This document shows, piece after piece, positions 37,016 through 47,173 of a DNA stretch of 64,000 nt. The notes under the pieces are model-generated. The model had not been told where the DNA came from. It saw only the letters and a program-made list of their open reading frames with translations, and ran no database searches. The DNA lies in assembly GCA_964406135.1 (NCBI GenBank), contig CAYOQO010000001.1, positions 34,439 to 98,438 of the forward strand, in the 5' to 3' direction. A program made the position numbers and the translations under genes. The stretch comes from an uncultured Pseudomonadota bacterium (GTDB taxonomy: Bacteria > Babelota > Babeliae > Babelales > Chromulinivoraceae). Numbering within the stretch: the stretch's first letter is position 1; each line of letters opens with the position of its first letter.

Positions 37016-38359
37016 TTACCAAGTGCAATCGTTGATCATTTTTTTGAACTGTGCACCGCGGTCTTCAAAATTTTTAAAAAGGTCAAAGCTTGCACCAGCA
37101 GGCGAAAATAATAAAATTTCGAAATTTTGCTGAAGCTTTAAATATTGTTGCAAAGATTCTTCTAAGGTTGATGCAGAAAAATGTGCAATATTAAATTTTT
37201 TACAAAGTGATGCAAGTAGTTCTGCTTCTTTACCAAATGCAAAAACCGTAATCGATTTATTTTCAAGATGCTTGAGCAGGGGAGTTCGATCGGTTCCTTT
37301 GCTGATACCACCTAAAAATAATGCAATTTTTTTGTCAAAAAATTTATCAATAGCATGCTTGGTTGCTTGCCAGACTGTTGATTTTGAATCATTGTACACC
37401 GCGACGTTGTTTAAAATTTTTACAAATTCACAGCGATGTTGTTCAGGTTTAAGCTTTTGGGTATATGTTGCAAAATTGTTAAGGTCAATATTTTGCAAAT
37501 AAAGTGCAGCAACAATGACCATCCAATTTTGGGCAAAGGTAATATCTGGCAATTGATCAAAATTATCAAAAATTAATTGTAGTTTTTTATTTTGGTGCAG
37601 CAAAATTTGATTATTTCTGACAAAAAAAGTTGGGTAAGAATTTTTTAAATGACTGAATTCTTGATCGACGCCGAGAATGACGGAGGCGCTGAACAAATAA
37701 ATTTGCGCTTGCAGTTGAACAGTTGCTTCTATTTTTTCAATTAAATCTGTAGGTAAGAGTGCGATTTGATTTTTAGTTTGATGGCGCAAAATGTTGCATT
37801 TTGCTTGAAAATATTCTTGTTCATCTTTGTGATGATCAAGATGATTTGGATAAAAATTGGTCCAAATTGCGAGATCAGGGGCAAAATTTGTTGCAAATTG
37901 CAATTGATAACTTGAAAGTTCCAAAATTACTTTTGTTGGTTGTGGTTGTAGATCTAAAACATTAAGCATGGCATGGCCAATATTTCCTGCAGCAATAGCG
38001 TCAGGTGTTGCTTGTGCAAGAAGACTGGTGACCGTTGTTTTTCCAACGGTGCCAGTAATTGCAATGGTGGTGCCATGAAATTCTTGGGCAAAAATATCAA
38101 GCTCTTGTACAAATTTATGAGCATAATTTTGGTAATTGTGAAGTACGATTCCAGGGCTTGGAATGATGATATCGTTATATTGTAAAAATTGATCAATGTT
38201 GTGAGGAGTTTCGAGAATAACCTGTAAACTTTGGTCTGTTTTTCGATCCATAATCTGGATTTGATTCGTAAATTTTTGAACGTATTTTAAAACAGATTGT
38301 CCAACAATTCCAAATCCCCAAATGCCAATTTTTTTGTTGCAAAAATTTATGTTTTTCAT
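37016..38359 (-). CDS. murD: UDP-N-acetylmuramoyl-L-alanine--D-glutamate ligase
   Basis: N-terminal Rossmann IGIWGFGIVGQS, Mur ligase P-loop ITGTVGKTTVTSLL, C-terminal LFSPAGASFDLFKNFEDRGAQF. Confidence 0.9.
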   Translation of the reverse strand: MKNINFCNKKIGIWGFGIVGQSVLKYVQKFTNQIQIMDRKTDQSLQVILETPHNIDQFLQYNDIIIPSPGIVLHNYQNYAHKFVQELDIFAQEFHGTTIAITGTVGKTTVTSLLAQATPDAIAAGNIGHAMLNVLDLQPQPTKVILELSSYQLQFATNFAPDLAIWTNFYPNHLDHHKDEQEYFQAKCNILRHQTKNQIALLPTDLIEKIEATVQLQAQIYLFSASVILGVDQEFSHLKNSYPTFFVRNNQILLHQNKKLQLIFDNFDQLPDITFAQNWMVIVAALYLQNIDLNNFATYTQKLKPEQHRCEFVKILNNVAVYNDSKSTVWQATKHAIDKFFDKKIALFLGGISKGTDRTPLLKHLENKSITVFAFGKEAELLASLCKKFNIAHFSASTLEESLQQYLKLQQNFEILLFSPAGASFDLFKNFEDRGAQFKKMINDCTW

Positions 38360-38472
38360 GATGAGTAGTTTAGCATCGATTCTTGATCAAATCAAAATAA
38401 ATTCGCTTTTGTATAGTAAAAAACAGACCTTTTGATATTCTGAAAATATGTACACAAATTATTCTTTTTGTT

Positions 38473-41289
38473 ATGAGGTATGCTTCTATGCATGACGATT
38501 CGAAAAAAAATGGATATTCAGAAACATTAAATTTGCCAAAAACAGATTTTTCGTTACGTGCTGAATTTTCTATTCAAGATCCTGCAATGCTCAAACGTTG
38601 GGATGAGCAAAAATTAAGTGAAAAAACTTTTGATGTGCACAAGGGCGCAGAAAAATTTATTCTGCATGATGGTCCGCCATATTCTAATGGTCATATTCAT
38701 TTGGGTCATGCTTATAACAAAATTTTAAAAGATATTGTATGCAAATCTGAACGCATGTCAGGCAAGCATGTGCCGGTAATTCCAGGTTGGGATTGCCATG
38801 GTCTTCCGATTGAATTAAAAGTTACGCAAGAACAAAAATTTGAATCACGTGAATCTTTGCAACAAGCGTGTCGTGCCTATGCTCAAAAATGGATTGAAGT
38901 TCAACGAGCAGAATTTAAAAAACTTGGTGTGATGATGCATTGGGATAAGCCGTATACTACTATGGATTTTTCATATGAAGCAAAAATTCTTCGTGGTTTT
39001 GGTGAGTTTGTTAAACAGGGTTTTATTCAAAAAAAATTAAAAACTGTGCCATGGTGTGCCTCATGTCAAACTGTTTTGGCAAATGCTGAAATTGAGTATG
39101 CAGAACGCAAAGATCCATCATTGTTTGTTCAGTTTCCGTTAGATAGTTCTATCATTGCTCAACTATTCCCAAAAATTGCTGGTAAAGATGTTAGTTTGCT
39201 CGTGTGGACAACCACTCCTTGGACATTGCCTTTAAATCGAGCGGTGGTGTTGCATCCAGGAGCAAAATATGCCTTGGTTGAAATGAATGGCAAGTTGGTA
39301 ATCATGGGCGAGGCCTTGGTTGCAAAAGTTGCAACTACTCTAGGCACTACAGCATCTGTGGTGCAAACATTTGTAGCAGAAGATTTGATTGGAAAAAAAG
39401 TTGACCATCCGTTTATTCAAGGATTGCAAGTGCCAATTATTGGTGATGGATTTGTGTCACTTGAAGATGGTACGGCATGTGTGCATAGCGCTCCTGGTTG
39501 TGGTCCTGAAGATTATGAAGTTGGTGTAAAAAACAAATTAGAAATTTATTCACCGCTATCAGCTGATGGAAAATATACGAGCGAGATTGATCCAAAAGAA
39601 CTTACGGGTATGTCGGTAGTTGATGGACAAATTTGGGTGATTAAAAAATTAGCAGAACTTGATCGCATTTTATTTAAACAATCGATTCGACACTCATATC
39701 CTCATTGTTGGCGTTGTCGAAATGGATTGATTTTTCGAGCAACGAGCCAATGGTTTTGTGATTTGTCACAGCATAGTTTAAAAGATCGTGCACTTGCAGC
39801 TATTGAAAAATTAACAATGTATCCAGAGACAGGGCGTAATCGTTTTTCTGCGACACTTCAAGGGCGACTTGAATGGTGCTTATCGCGTCAACGTACGTGG
39901 GGTGTTCCAATTCCAGCATTGAATTGTAAGCAGTGTGGTCATGTGTTTACATCGCCAGAGTTGATTGAAATTGCAGCGCAGGGTGTTGAAAAAGAAGGTA
40001 TTGAATTTTGGGATCGTGTTCAAGTTAAAGATCTTGGAAATTTTAAATGCAGTTCATGTTCTCATGATCAATTAGATAAAGAATTTGATATTTTGGATGT
40101 TTGGTTTGAATCTGGTGTGAGTCATTATGCCGTGCTTGATCAAAATTCATTACAAGCATTTCCTGCGAGTATGTACCTTGAGGGTAAAGACCAACATCGC
40201 GCCTGGTTTCAAAGTTCACTTTTGACAGCTTTGGTACTTGAAGGTGTAGCGCCGATGCATGAAATTTTGACGCACGGATTTACCGTTGATGCGCAGGGTA
40301 AAAAGATGTCAAAATCTTTGGGCAATGTGGTAACTCCTGACCAAATTATTGAAAAAATTGGTACCGATGGACTTCGCCTATGGGTTGCAAGCAATGATTA
40401 TGACAGTGATCCTGTGGTTTCAGAACTGTTGCTCAAGAATGTTTCTGAAGTTTATCGCAAAGTTCGTAATACTTGCCGATTTTTACTTTCCAATTTAAAT
40501 GATTTTGAAATTTCTCGTGATGGTGTTGCAATTGAAAAATTGCATGCGGTTGATCATCATGCGCTCGTGAAACTTCATGAATTTAACATGATGATGCAAA
40601 CTTCATATCGTGAGCGAAAAACTGTTGCGGCATTTGCTGCTTTGGCTGATTATTGCTCAAAAGATTTAAGCTCATTGTATTTGGATGTGATTAAAGATAG
40701 ATTGTATGTTGAAGAAGCAAATAGCTTAGCACGACGCAGTGCGCAGACGACGTGTTACCATATTTTGCATACGTTGACGACGGTGATGGCGCCGATTTTG
40801 TCATTGACTGCAGAGCAGGTGTTTGATCATTATAAATCAAAGAGTGATGACTCGATACATTTACAAATGTTTGCTGATACAAAAACTTTGTTTGACGGAG
40901 TAATGAAATTGGTCAAACCTGATGAATTTGTAGAAGTGTGGAAAACTTTTGAAAATATTCGTGAGCAAGTTTTGAAAGCTTTAGAAATTGTACGAACTCA
41001 AGGGCTGATTGGTCATTCGCTTGATGCGCGCGTACAGCTTGCTTTTGCGCAAGATTTAGCAAAATTTAAAAAATCTGATCAATTAGAAGAGTTTTTTAAA
41101 GAATATTTCATTGTTTCTCAGGTTGAAATTTTAGATCAACCAACATCATCGATGAGCTCATCGATATCAGGCTTGTTCATCTTTGTTGAAAAAGCACTGG
41201 GTGCAAAATGTCCGCGCTGTTGGCAATGGATGCCAGAGTGCAATGGTGATAATCTTTGTAATCGCTGTACAAGAGTTTTGAAAAAATAA
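38473..41289 (+). CDS. ileS: Isoleucyl-tRNA synthetase
   Basis: HIGH motif PYSNGHIHLGHA, KMSKS, editing domain, and C-terminal Zn fingers CPRCWQW...CNRC. The true start may be ATG 38491. Confidence 0.95.
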   Translation: MRYASMHDDSKKNGYSETLNLPKTDFSLRAEFSIQDPAMLKRWDEQKLSEKTFDVHKGAEKFILHDGPPYSNGHIHLGHAYNKILKDIVCKSERMSGKHVPVIPGWDCHGLPIELKVTQEQKFESRESLQQACRAYAQKWIEVQRAEFKKLGVMMHWDKPYTTMDFSYEAKILRGFGEFVKQGFIQKKLKTVPWCASCQTVLANAEIEYAERKDPSLFVQFPLDSSIIAQLFPKIAGKDVSLLVWTTTPWTLPLNRAVVLHPGAKYALVEMNGKLVIMGEALVAKVATTLGTTASVVQTFVAEDLIGKKVDHPFIQGLQVPIIGDGFVSLEDGTACVHSAPGCGPEDYEVGVKNKLEIYSPLSADGKYTSEIDPKELTGMSVVDGQIWVIKKLAELDRILFKQSIRHSYPHCWRCRNGLIFRATSQWFCDLSQHSLKDRALAAIEKLTMYPETGRNRFSATLQGRLEWCLSRQRTWGVPIPALNCKQCGHVFTSPELIEIAAQGVEKEGIEFWDRVQVKDLGNFKCSSCSHDQLDKEFDILDVWFESGVSHYAVLDQNSLQAFPASMYLEGKDQHRAWFQSSLLTALVLEGVAPMHEILTHGFTVDAQGKKMSKSLGNVVTPDQIIEKIGTDGLRLWVASNDYDSDPVVSELLLKNVSEVYRKVRNTCRFLLSNLNDFEISRDGVAIEKLHAVDHHALVKLHEFNMMMQTSYRERKTVAAFAALADYCSKDLSSLYLDVIKDRLYVEEANSLARRSAQTTCYHILHTLTTVMAPILSLTAEQVFDHYKSKSDDSIHLQMFADTKTLFDGVMKLVKPDEFVEVWKTFENIREQVLKALEIVRTQGLIGHSLDARVQLAFAQDLAKFKKSDQLEEFFKEYFIVSQVEILDQPTSSMSSSISGLFIFVEKALGAKCPRCWQWMPECNGDNLCNRCTRVLKK

Positions 41290-41301
41290 ATCATGTGATT
41301 T

Positions 41302-41367
41302 GAAGAAAAGATTTTTCCCGCCTGTGGCGAAAACAGGCTAAGCGGGAAAAATCTTTTCTTCTTTTTT
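41302..41367 (+). terminator. Strong rho-independent terminator (20-bp stem)
   Basis: GAAGAAAAGATTTTTCCCGC...GCGGGAAAAATCTTTTCTTC then TTTTTT. Confidence 0.85.
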
Positions 41368-41417
41368 GAGCTTTTTGTATTGTGAAAATAAAAAAAAATG
41401 AAAGGTTTATAAGGATT

Positions 41418-41993
41418 ATGATGATAAAAAAAATAATGATAATTTTTTTATTGAATTATAGTTTATTTTTATTGAGCTCTGATCAAGATCGTGATGATTA
41501 TGAGTATTTCTCTGAAAAATATAAGCAAGAAAATAAGAACATTTGTGACCAGGTTTATAAGTTTATAAAAGACGCTTACATTCGTAAATATAATGAAAAT
41601 TTAAACAAAATTTATCGTTCGCCGGATTTTGTAGACGGTCAAGGAATTGTTGTTAAATTTATTCAAAATTTTAGGGATGTTTTATGGGAGCTCAATAATT
41701 GTTCTGCTCAATCAGATCATGATCAAAATTTATATGAAAATTATACAAGTACTCATAAAAAAGAATTAGCTTGTTTGTTGTTTAAAGAGTCTTGCTTAGA
41801 ACAATATTTGCAAGTTCTTCATAAGTTCGAAAATATGAAAAATACCTTGTGCGATGAACAAATTGATAAGAAGCAGATTTCTCAGCAGATATATGAAATA
41901 CGCATAGATATTCAAAATATTAAAAATTCAATTGATGAGATTGCAAAAAATGAAAAAGAACGAGCAGAAAAAAAATCTTGTAGTATTGCATAA
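41418..41993 (+). CDS. Hypothetical secreted/membrane-anchored coiled-coil protein
   Basis: AAGGA SD before ATG 41418. N-terminal hydrophobic IMIIFLLNYSLFLLSS. Confidence 0.5.
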   Translation: MMIKKIMIIFLLNYSLFLLSSDQDRDDYEYFSEKYKQENKNICDQVYKFIKDAYIRKYNENLNKIYRSPDFVDGQGIVVKFIQNFRDVLWELNNCSAQSDHDQNLYENYTSTHKKELACLLFKESCLEQYLQVLHKFENMKNTLCDEQIDKKQISQQIYEIRIDIQNIKNSIDEIAKNEKERAEKKSCSIA

Positions 41994-42035
41994 ATAATTT
42001 TTTTAATGATTTTCTTTAACAAAAAAATGTATATA

Positions 42036-42064
42036 AAAATCCCGACTTTTACATCGGGATTTTT
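42036..42064. terminator. Bidirectional terminator hairpin
   Basis: AAAATCCCGA-CTTTTACA-TCGGGATTTT between convergent genes. Confidence 0.7.
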
Positions 42065-42087
42065 AATTATCAAAAATAATTTTAATG

Positions 42088-44040
42088 CTAGGCAGCTACT
42101 GTTGTAGTCTTTTGTGAAGCTTTTTTTGTTGCATTTCGTTTTGCACTACGCTTGATAGTGCCAATAGTGTTCAGCATTGCATCAATTTCTTTGCCAATAT
42201 TCGATTTTAATTCTTCTACGAAATTTTCGTGAGCATTTTGGTATCTTGGAACTGTGGTAACATCAAGAAGCCCAGGTTGTTGAGAAGGAGCATTCGCTGT
42301 TCCAGGAGCAGTGTTTTTCTTAAATGCCATTTCAAGATCTGGAAGAATATTTTCAAAAGTTTTTTGATAATTTTTTAAACGATCTTCAACAGCTTTGAGT
42401 TCTTTTGAATTTTGTATTTTTTTCAAATCATCAGATGTCATACTGACAATGTCGCTGCGTAAAGCATCAATATATGGGTGAAGTTGTCGAAATTCTGGAT
42501 AAAATTCATCTTCAAGTTTCTTTTTAATTTCAAGGGTGTAATTTTTGAATCCTTGAACAACCACACCATTGGTTAATTTTAATGGAAATGGAGTTGTGCC
42601 ATCAATCCAGCTGCTTTCTTGGGAAACACTCGTGTTGGTGGTATTGACGTTAACGCTTGCAGCTGTTGGATCTGCTGCAGGAAGTGTTGGCGTTAAAGCT
42701 CCATTTGCAACGACGAGTGTGTAATCAGGATAATTTTTTGCAATCTCATTTTGTATAAAATTAACAAATGTTGCTGCATGTTGAGCGTCAAAATCATCTT
42801 TGATATGACTTTCAAGATTGCTCATAGCATAGCTGTAAAGATCATTTTTATCTTTTGCGATTTCTTTTGGAGCTGCTGCATTAATTTCATTAGATTTTGG
42901 TTTTGAATTTGGCTCGCTTGAGCTATTTGTACCACTTCCAAATTCATTTTTGCTAGAACCAGATTGATCATATGGGCTATATCCTCCTCCATAGTTGTCA
43001 GAATAATTATCATAACCTGGATAATATTCACCATAATCTGATCCATATCCTGTAGGATTATAACCATAGCCTCCAGAAGAAGTTGATTTTGATTGTGCAG
43101 GTGATGATGCTTTGCGTGATATTGCCTCAGTTGCAGCTTGAGTTGCTTTTGCATCACGAAATTCTGCTTCTTTTGCAAGTTGTAAAGCTTCAGAATCCCA
43201 TTTTTGTAAAAAAGTTTCCAAGAGTGGCATTAAAGTATCAATGGTTTCATCACATGTTTCAAGGAAAGATTTTGTTTGCTTGAGATGTTTTTTCTCTTCA
43301 GCAAAACTTGCAGGAAGACCAAAATCATCTTCAATTACCAGTGCATCATTTTGAGCTGTTAAACTTTTCAGATACGCTTTAAGATGTTCAACTAATTTTT
43401 TGTCATTATCTTTAAGATCTTTTTTGCAAAGTTTTTGAGCTAAGCGATCATTTTTCAGTTGATAAATCTGACGTTTCATATTGGCAAATGTTGATTTATT
43501 TTTCCATTTTGCATCAATTTGTTCTGCACATTCTTTGGAGCTGTTAATTTTTTGGAAAATATCATCAATTCTTTGAATAATGGTGCTGATTAATTTTTTA
43601 AATTCTTCAAGATCAGACGATGGAGCTAAAGATGTCTCTGTTGATGATGAAGCAGCGGTTGCTGAAAGTTCTGGTTGTGCAGGGGGTGAAACGGTTAGAT
43701 GTGGTTCAACCATTTGAGCAATTGCTTGAATATCTTTAAAATCATCTTCTGACATTGAATTTAAAGTTTCTTCAAGTAACCGTTGGAATTCTGCAATTTC
43801 TTGAGGTGATCCATGAGTTTGTAAATCTTCTAAAAATTTTTGTCCCATTTGAACTTGCTCTGCAATTTCTTGTTCTGACATACCGCCAAAAACATCAGCA
43901 ACTGAAGGAAGTCCTGATTTAGCAACTCCTGGTGGAAGATTTGGTTTAAGGTTCATATCTTGTGCTGCAGTATCTGGTAGTATGAATCCATAAGAGAACA
44001 TGGCGCAGGTTAAAAAGCTTTTCTTTAAAAAAGTTTGCAT
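42088..44040 (-). CDS. Secreted hypothetical protein with coiled-coil regions and a central G/Y/S/N-rich low-complexity domain
   Basis: Signal-like N-terminus. LCD is SSGGYGYNPTGYGSDYGEYYPGYDNYSDNYGGGYSPYDQSGSSKNEFGSGTNSSSEPNSKPKSN. Confidence 0.65.
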   Translation of the reverse strand: MQTFLKKSFLTCAMFSYGFILPDTAAQDMNLKPNLPPGVAKSGLPSVADVFGGMSEQEIAEQVQMGQKFLEDLQTHGSPQEIAEFQRLLEETLNSMSEDDFKDIQAIAQMVEPHLTVSPPAQPELSATAASSSTETSLAPSSDLEEFKKLISTIIQRIDDIFQKINSSKECAEQIDAKWKNKSTFANMKRQIYQLKNDRLAQKLCKKDLKDNDKKLVEHLKAYLKSLTAQNDALVIEDDFGLPASFAEEKKHLKQTKSFLETCDETIDTLMPLLETFLQKWDSEALQLAKEAEFRDAKATQAATEAISRKASSPAQSKSTSSGGYGYNPTGYGSDYGEYYPGYDNYSDNYGGGYSPYDQSGSSKNEFGSGTNSSSEPNSKPKSNEINAAAPKEIAKDKNDLYSYAMSNLESHIKDDFDAQHAATFVNFIQNEIAKNYPDYTLVVANGALTPTLPAADPTAASVNVNTTNTSVSQESSWIDGTTPFPLKLTNGVVVQGFKNYTLEIKKKLEDEFYPEFRQLHPYIDALRSDIVSMTSDDLKKIQNSKELKAVEDRLKNYQKTFENILPDLEMAFKKNTAPGTANAPSQQPGLLDVTTVPRYQNAHENFVEELKSNIGKEIDAMLNTIGTIKRSAKRNATKKASQKTTTVAA

Positions 44041-44097
44041 GAGTAAAAAACTCCTGTGATTACAAATTAAGTTTTAATATCTTTAAATTTTAAATCT

Positions 44098-45207
44098 ATG
44101 TCTTACTATACCAGCAAATATTGGCAATCGCCAGAGGAGTACTCTGTGATCTATGTTTTATGCTCAGCATTTTTATTTATTTTAGGGCAAATTGGTTGGT
44201 CTTGTTCTGTGCTGTGTGCGGTATTGTGGATAGTTCCATTATTGTTACAGGCGCGAGTGAAACAATTAACTTTTTTTCAAGGTTTTTTTTGGGGACTTAT
44301 TGTTTTTTCATTTCATTTAAGCTGGATTTTGGTCACATTGTGGCATCATGGTGCAGGATGGATGTGTATTGTTTTGTGGATTTTGACGGTTCTGTGGTTT
44401 TCTGCAAGTTCAGGCATTTGGATGTATGCAACCAGATATTCTTGGATATTTTCAACAATTTTGTTTTTTTTATTTTTAATAAAACTAAGTTTACTTGTGT
44501 GGGGTCGATGTGAAGGATATCCTTTGCTTAATCCATTACTTCCATTCAGTGATTTTTTCAAACGAGACATAAGATTAGAAGATGAAAAAGTAATATTTAT
44601 TCAACCGTGGTGGTATGGCCATAAAAATCCTATGTTTGTTGGTTATAGAATTGCTGATAGCATTGGTGAATGCACAAAAAATAATTCATGTGTTCGAACA
44701 ATTATAATGCCAGAATCAACATTCTGTTTTGATTTACATGAATTTTTAGATTTTGTAAAAATTTGGTCTTATGATTATGAAAAAGTATTGATTTTATTAG
44801 GTACGCATCGAAAATTGAATGATGGATATTTAAATTCTATTGTTGTGATTTGTGATGGCAAAATAATTCAGATCTATGATAAAAATCATTTTATGCCTTT
44901 TGTTGAATCTGCACCTTGGGGTTTAAATTTATTTGGTCAAAAAAATTCAAAAGTTACTACAGAATTTAATGATATCGTTATGATTGGGGAAAAAAAATAT
45001 CAAATTTTTATTTGTTCAGAACTTTTTTTTGAATCAAAATCGGTCAAAGGATTGCCAATACTTATGCTTTGGAATGATACTTGGTTGAAATTTGGCTGGG
45101 TTAAAAAATTGGCTATACGGTATATTGATTATTTTGCATGCAAACATCAAGTTCCTATTTTTCATGCAAGTACATTGGGCATGACGAACATAAAAAATGA
45201 TCTATGA
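44098..45207 (+). CDS. lnt: Apolipoprotein N-acyltransferase (short form)
   Basis: N-terminal polytopic membrane region, then a CN-hydrolase triad context: IIMPES (Glu), YDKNHFMPFVE (Lys) and IFICSELFF (Cys). 369 aa, against my recollection of about 510 aa for the enterobacterial enzyme. Confidence 0.7.
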   Translation: MSYYTSKYWQSPEEYSVIYVLCSAFLFILGQIGWSCSVLCAVLWIVPLLLQARVKQLTFFQGFFWGLIVFSFHLSWILVTLWHHGAGWMCIVLWILTVLWFSASSGIWMYATRYSWIFSTILFFLFLIKLSLLVWGRCEGYPLLNPLLPFSDFFKRDIRLEDEKVIFIQPWWYGHKNPMFVGYRIADSIGECTKNNSCVRTIIMPESTFCFDLHEFLDFVKIWSYDYEKVLILLGTHRKLNDGYLNSIVVICDGKIIQIYDKNHFMPFVESAPWGLNLFGQKNSKVTTEFNDIVMIGEKKYQIFICSELFFESKSVKGLPILMLWNDTWLKFGWVKKLAIRYIDYFACKHQVPIFHASTLGMTNIKNDL

Positions 45208-45267
45208 GCATTCTAAATTGTTTGGTATACTCACAAGTGTTAACATTGCAAGCATGAAAGGTTTACT

Positions 45268-45720
45268 ATGAAAGTATATTTACTACAAAGTATTGAAAAA
45301 GTAGGTATCGCAGGCGAAATTTTAAACGTCAGCGAAGGTTATGCACAAAACTTTTTATTTCCACGAAAACTTGCCCTTAAAGTTACTCAAGGCAATCAAG
45401 AATTCTATGAAAAGCGTGCAAAGACTGTTGAACATCGCAAAGAAGTGATTGAAACTGAAACAAGCATGCTTTCAGAGCGTATTAAAGATTTAGTCATTAC
45501 ATTAAAGAAAAAAATTCATGATGATAATCGTTTGTATGCGTCAATTAATCCAACTGATATTGTAGAAGCATTAGCAGCTCAACAAATTAAAATTTCAAAA
45601 AGCCAAGTTATTTTTGATAAATCAATTAAAGCTGTAGGATCTCATCAAATCACCATCAAGCTTTCTTCGAAATTACAACCGCAAATGACGGTTAAAGTTG
45701 TTGGTCTGACCGAAAAATAA
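45268..45720 (+). CDS. rplI: 50S ribosomal protein L9
   Basis: MKVYLLQSIEKVGIAGEILNVSEGYAQNFLFPRKLA is the canonical L9 N-domain. Confidence 0.95.
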   Translation: MKVYLLQSIEKVGIAGEILNVSEGYAQNFLFPRKLALKVTQGNQEFYEKRAKTVEHRKEVIETETSMLSERIKDLVITLKKKIHDDNRLYASINPTDIVEALAAQQIKISKSQVIFDKSIKAVGSHQITIKLSSKLQPQMTVKVVGLTEK

Positions 45721-45743
45721 TGAATTAATAAAAATATATAAAA

Positions 45744-45776
45744 AACAAGAAGATGAAAAACTCTTCTTGTTTTTTA
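45744..45776 (+). terminator. Terminator or attenuator hairpin between rplI and dnaB
   Basis: ACAAGAAG-N10-CTTCTTGT then TTTTT. Confidence 0.55.
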
Positions 45777-45799
45777 TGCTGTATGAGAAGAAGTAGAGT

Positions 45800-47173
45800 A
45801 TGCAACAACCACAATCATTTTTTAAAAAGCCAGGCGTTTCTGATGGCCAACGTGAATCATTGCTTGGAAAAACATTACCTTGTAATTTAGAAGCTGAAAA
45901 GTCGGTGCTTGGAGCTATTTTGCTTAATGATACGTGCTTTAATATGGTTGAAGAGTCATTGCAGCCGCAAGATTTTTATGTTCCTGCGCATCAAATTATT
46001 TTTAAGCATATGTTAACACTTGCTCGAGCAAATAAACGTATTGATTTAATTACACTCCAGGATATTTTGCAAAAAGAAAATGAATTGGTTGCGATTGGTG
46101 ATGTTGCATATTTAATTGAGTTACAAGAAAATATTCCGGCACTTGGGATGCTTGAGCAGCATGCGCACATTATTCGTGCAAAAGCGGTACTTCGTAATTT
46201 AATTTCATCTTCCGTTGACATTATTACCAGTTGTTATGGTCAAAATGAAACAGAGCTGGATGCGGTTATTGATGAAGCTGAAAAAAAGATTTTTCAAATT
46301 ATTCATAATCGAACGAAACAAAATTTTGTTCAACTCAATATCTGGTTAAAACGAACATTTCAACATCTTTCATCGATTAAAAGTTCATCAAAAGGTGTTA
46401 CTGGAGTTGCAACACAATTTAAATATTTAGATCGGATGACATCTGGATTTCAACCTGGAGATTTAATCATTCTTGCTGCTCGTCCTTCAATGGGAAAAAC
46501 TTCATTTGCACTCAATGTTGCCATGAATGCTGCGCGTCAAGGGTATGGTGTTGGTGTGTTTTCTCTTGAGATGGCAGCAGAGCAGTTAACGCTTCGTTTG
46601 CTTTCTACTGAGTCTGGTATTGATCATCAAAAAATTCGAAATGCAACTATTTCAGGAGAAGAATGGATTGCGATTACGCACGTTGCTGCAGAACTTGGCG
46701 ATATGCAACTTTTTATTGATGATACTGCAGGTATTAATATCATGGAACTTCGTGCAAAAGCACGACAATTGAAATCAAAATATAATATCGGAATGCTTGT
46801 GGTTGATTATTTACAATTACTTCATGCAAGTCGTCGTCATGAAAATAGACATCAAGAAGTTTCTGAAATTTCTCGATTTTTAAAAGCATTAGCAAAAGAA
46901 TTAAATGTTCCGATTGTTGCGTTGTCACAATTGTCTCGTGCTGTTGATAGTCGTATTGATAAACGACCATTGCTTTCTGATCTTCGTGAATCTGGAGCGA
47001 TTGAGCAAGATGCTGACGTGATTATGTTTTTATATCGTGATGTGGTGTACAACAATGAAACAGAACATCCTGACATGGCAGAATTGATCATTGGAAAACA
47101 ACGTAACGGTCCTACTGGTATGGTGCCACTTCGATTTGTGCGAGAGTTGACCAAGTTTGAGGATAGTGAGTAA
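45800..47173 (+). CDS. dnaB: Replicative DNA helicase DnaB
   Basis: N-terminus LPCNLEAEKSVLGAILL, Walker A AARPSMGKTSFALN, Walker B LVVDYLQL. Typical rplI-dnaB synteny. Confidence 0.95.
   Translation: MQQPQSFFKKPGVSDGQRESLLGKTLPCNLEAEKSVLGAILLNDTCFNMVEESLQPQDFYVPAHQIIFKHMLTLARANKRIDLITLQDILQKENELVAIGDVAYLIELQENIPALGMLEQHAHIIRAKAVLRNLISSSVDIITSCYGQNETELDAVIDEAEKKIFQIIHNRTKQNFVQLNIWLKRTFQHLSSIKSSSKGVTGVATQFKYLDRMTSGFQPGDLIILAARPSMGKTSFALNVAMNAARQGYGVGVFSLEMAAEQLTLRLLSTESGIDHQKIRNATISGEEWIAITHVAAELGDMQLFIDDTAGINIMELRAKARQLKSKYNIGMLVVDYLQLLHASRRHENRHQEVSEISRFLKALAKELNVPIVALSQLSRAVDSRIDKRPLLSDLRESGAIEQDADVIMFLYRDVVYNNETEHPDMAELIIGKQRNGPTGMVPLRFVRELTKFEDSE

Noticed and set aside
44121-44513. 130-aa alternative-frame ORF overlapping the 5' part of lnt, a possible frameshift
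   Set aside because: The annotated frame gives a continuous polytopic membrane domain leading into the CN-hydrolase domain (…GYPLLNPLLPF…), so no frameshift is needed.
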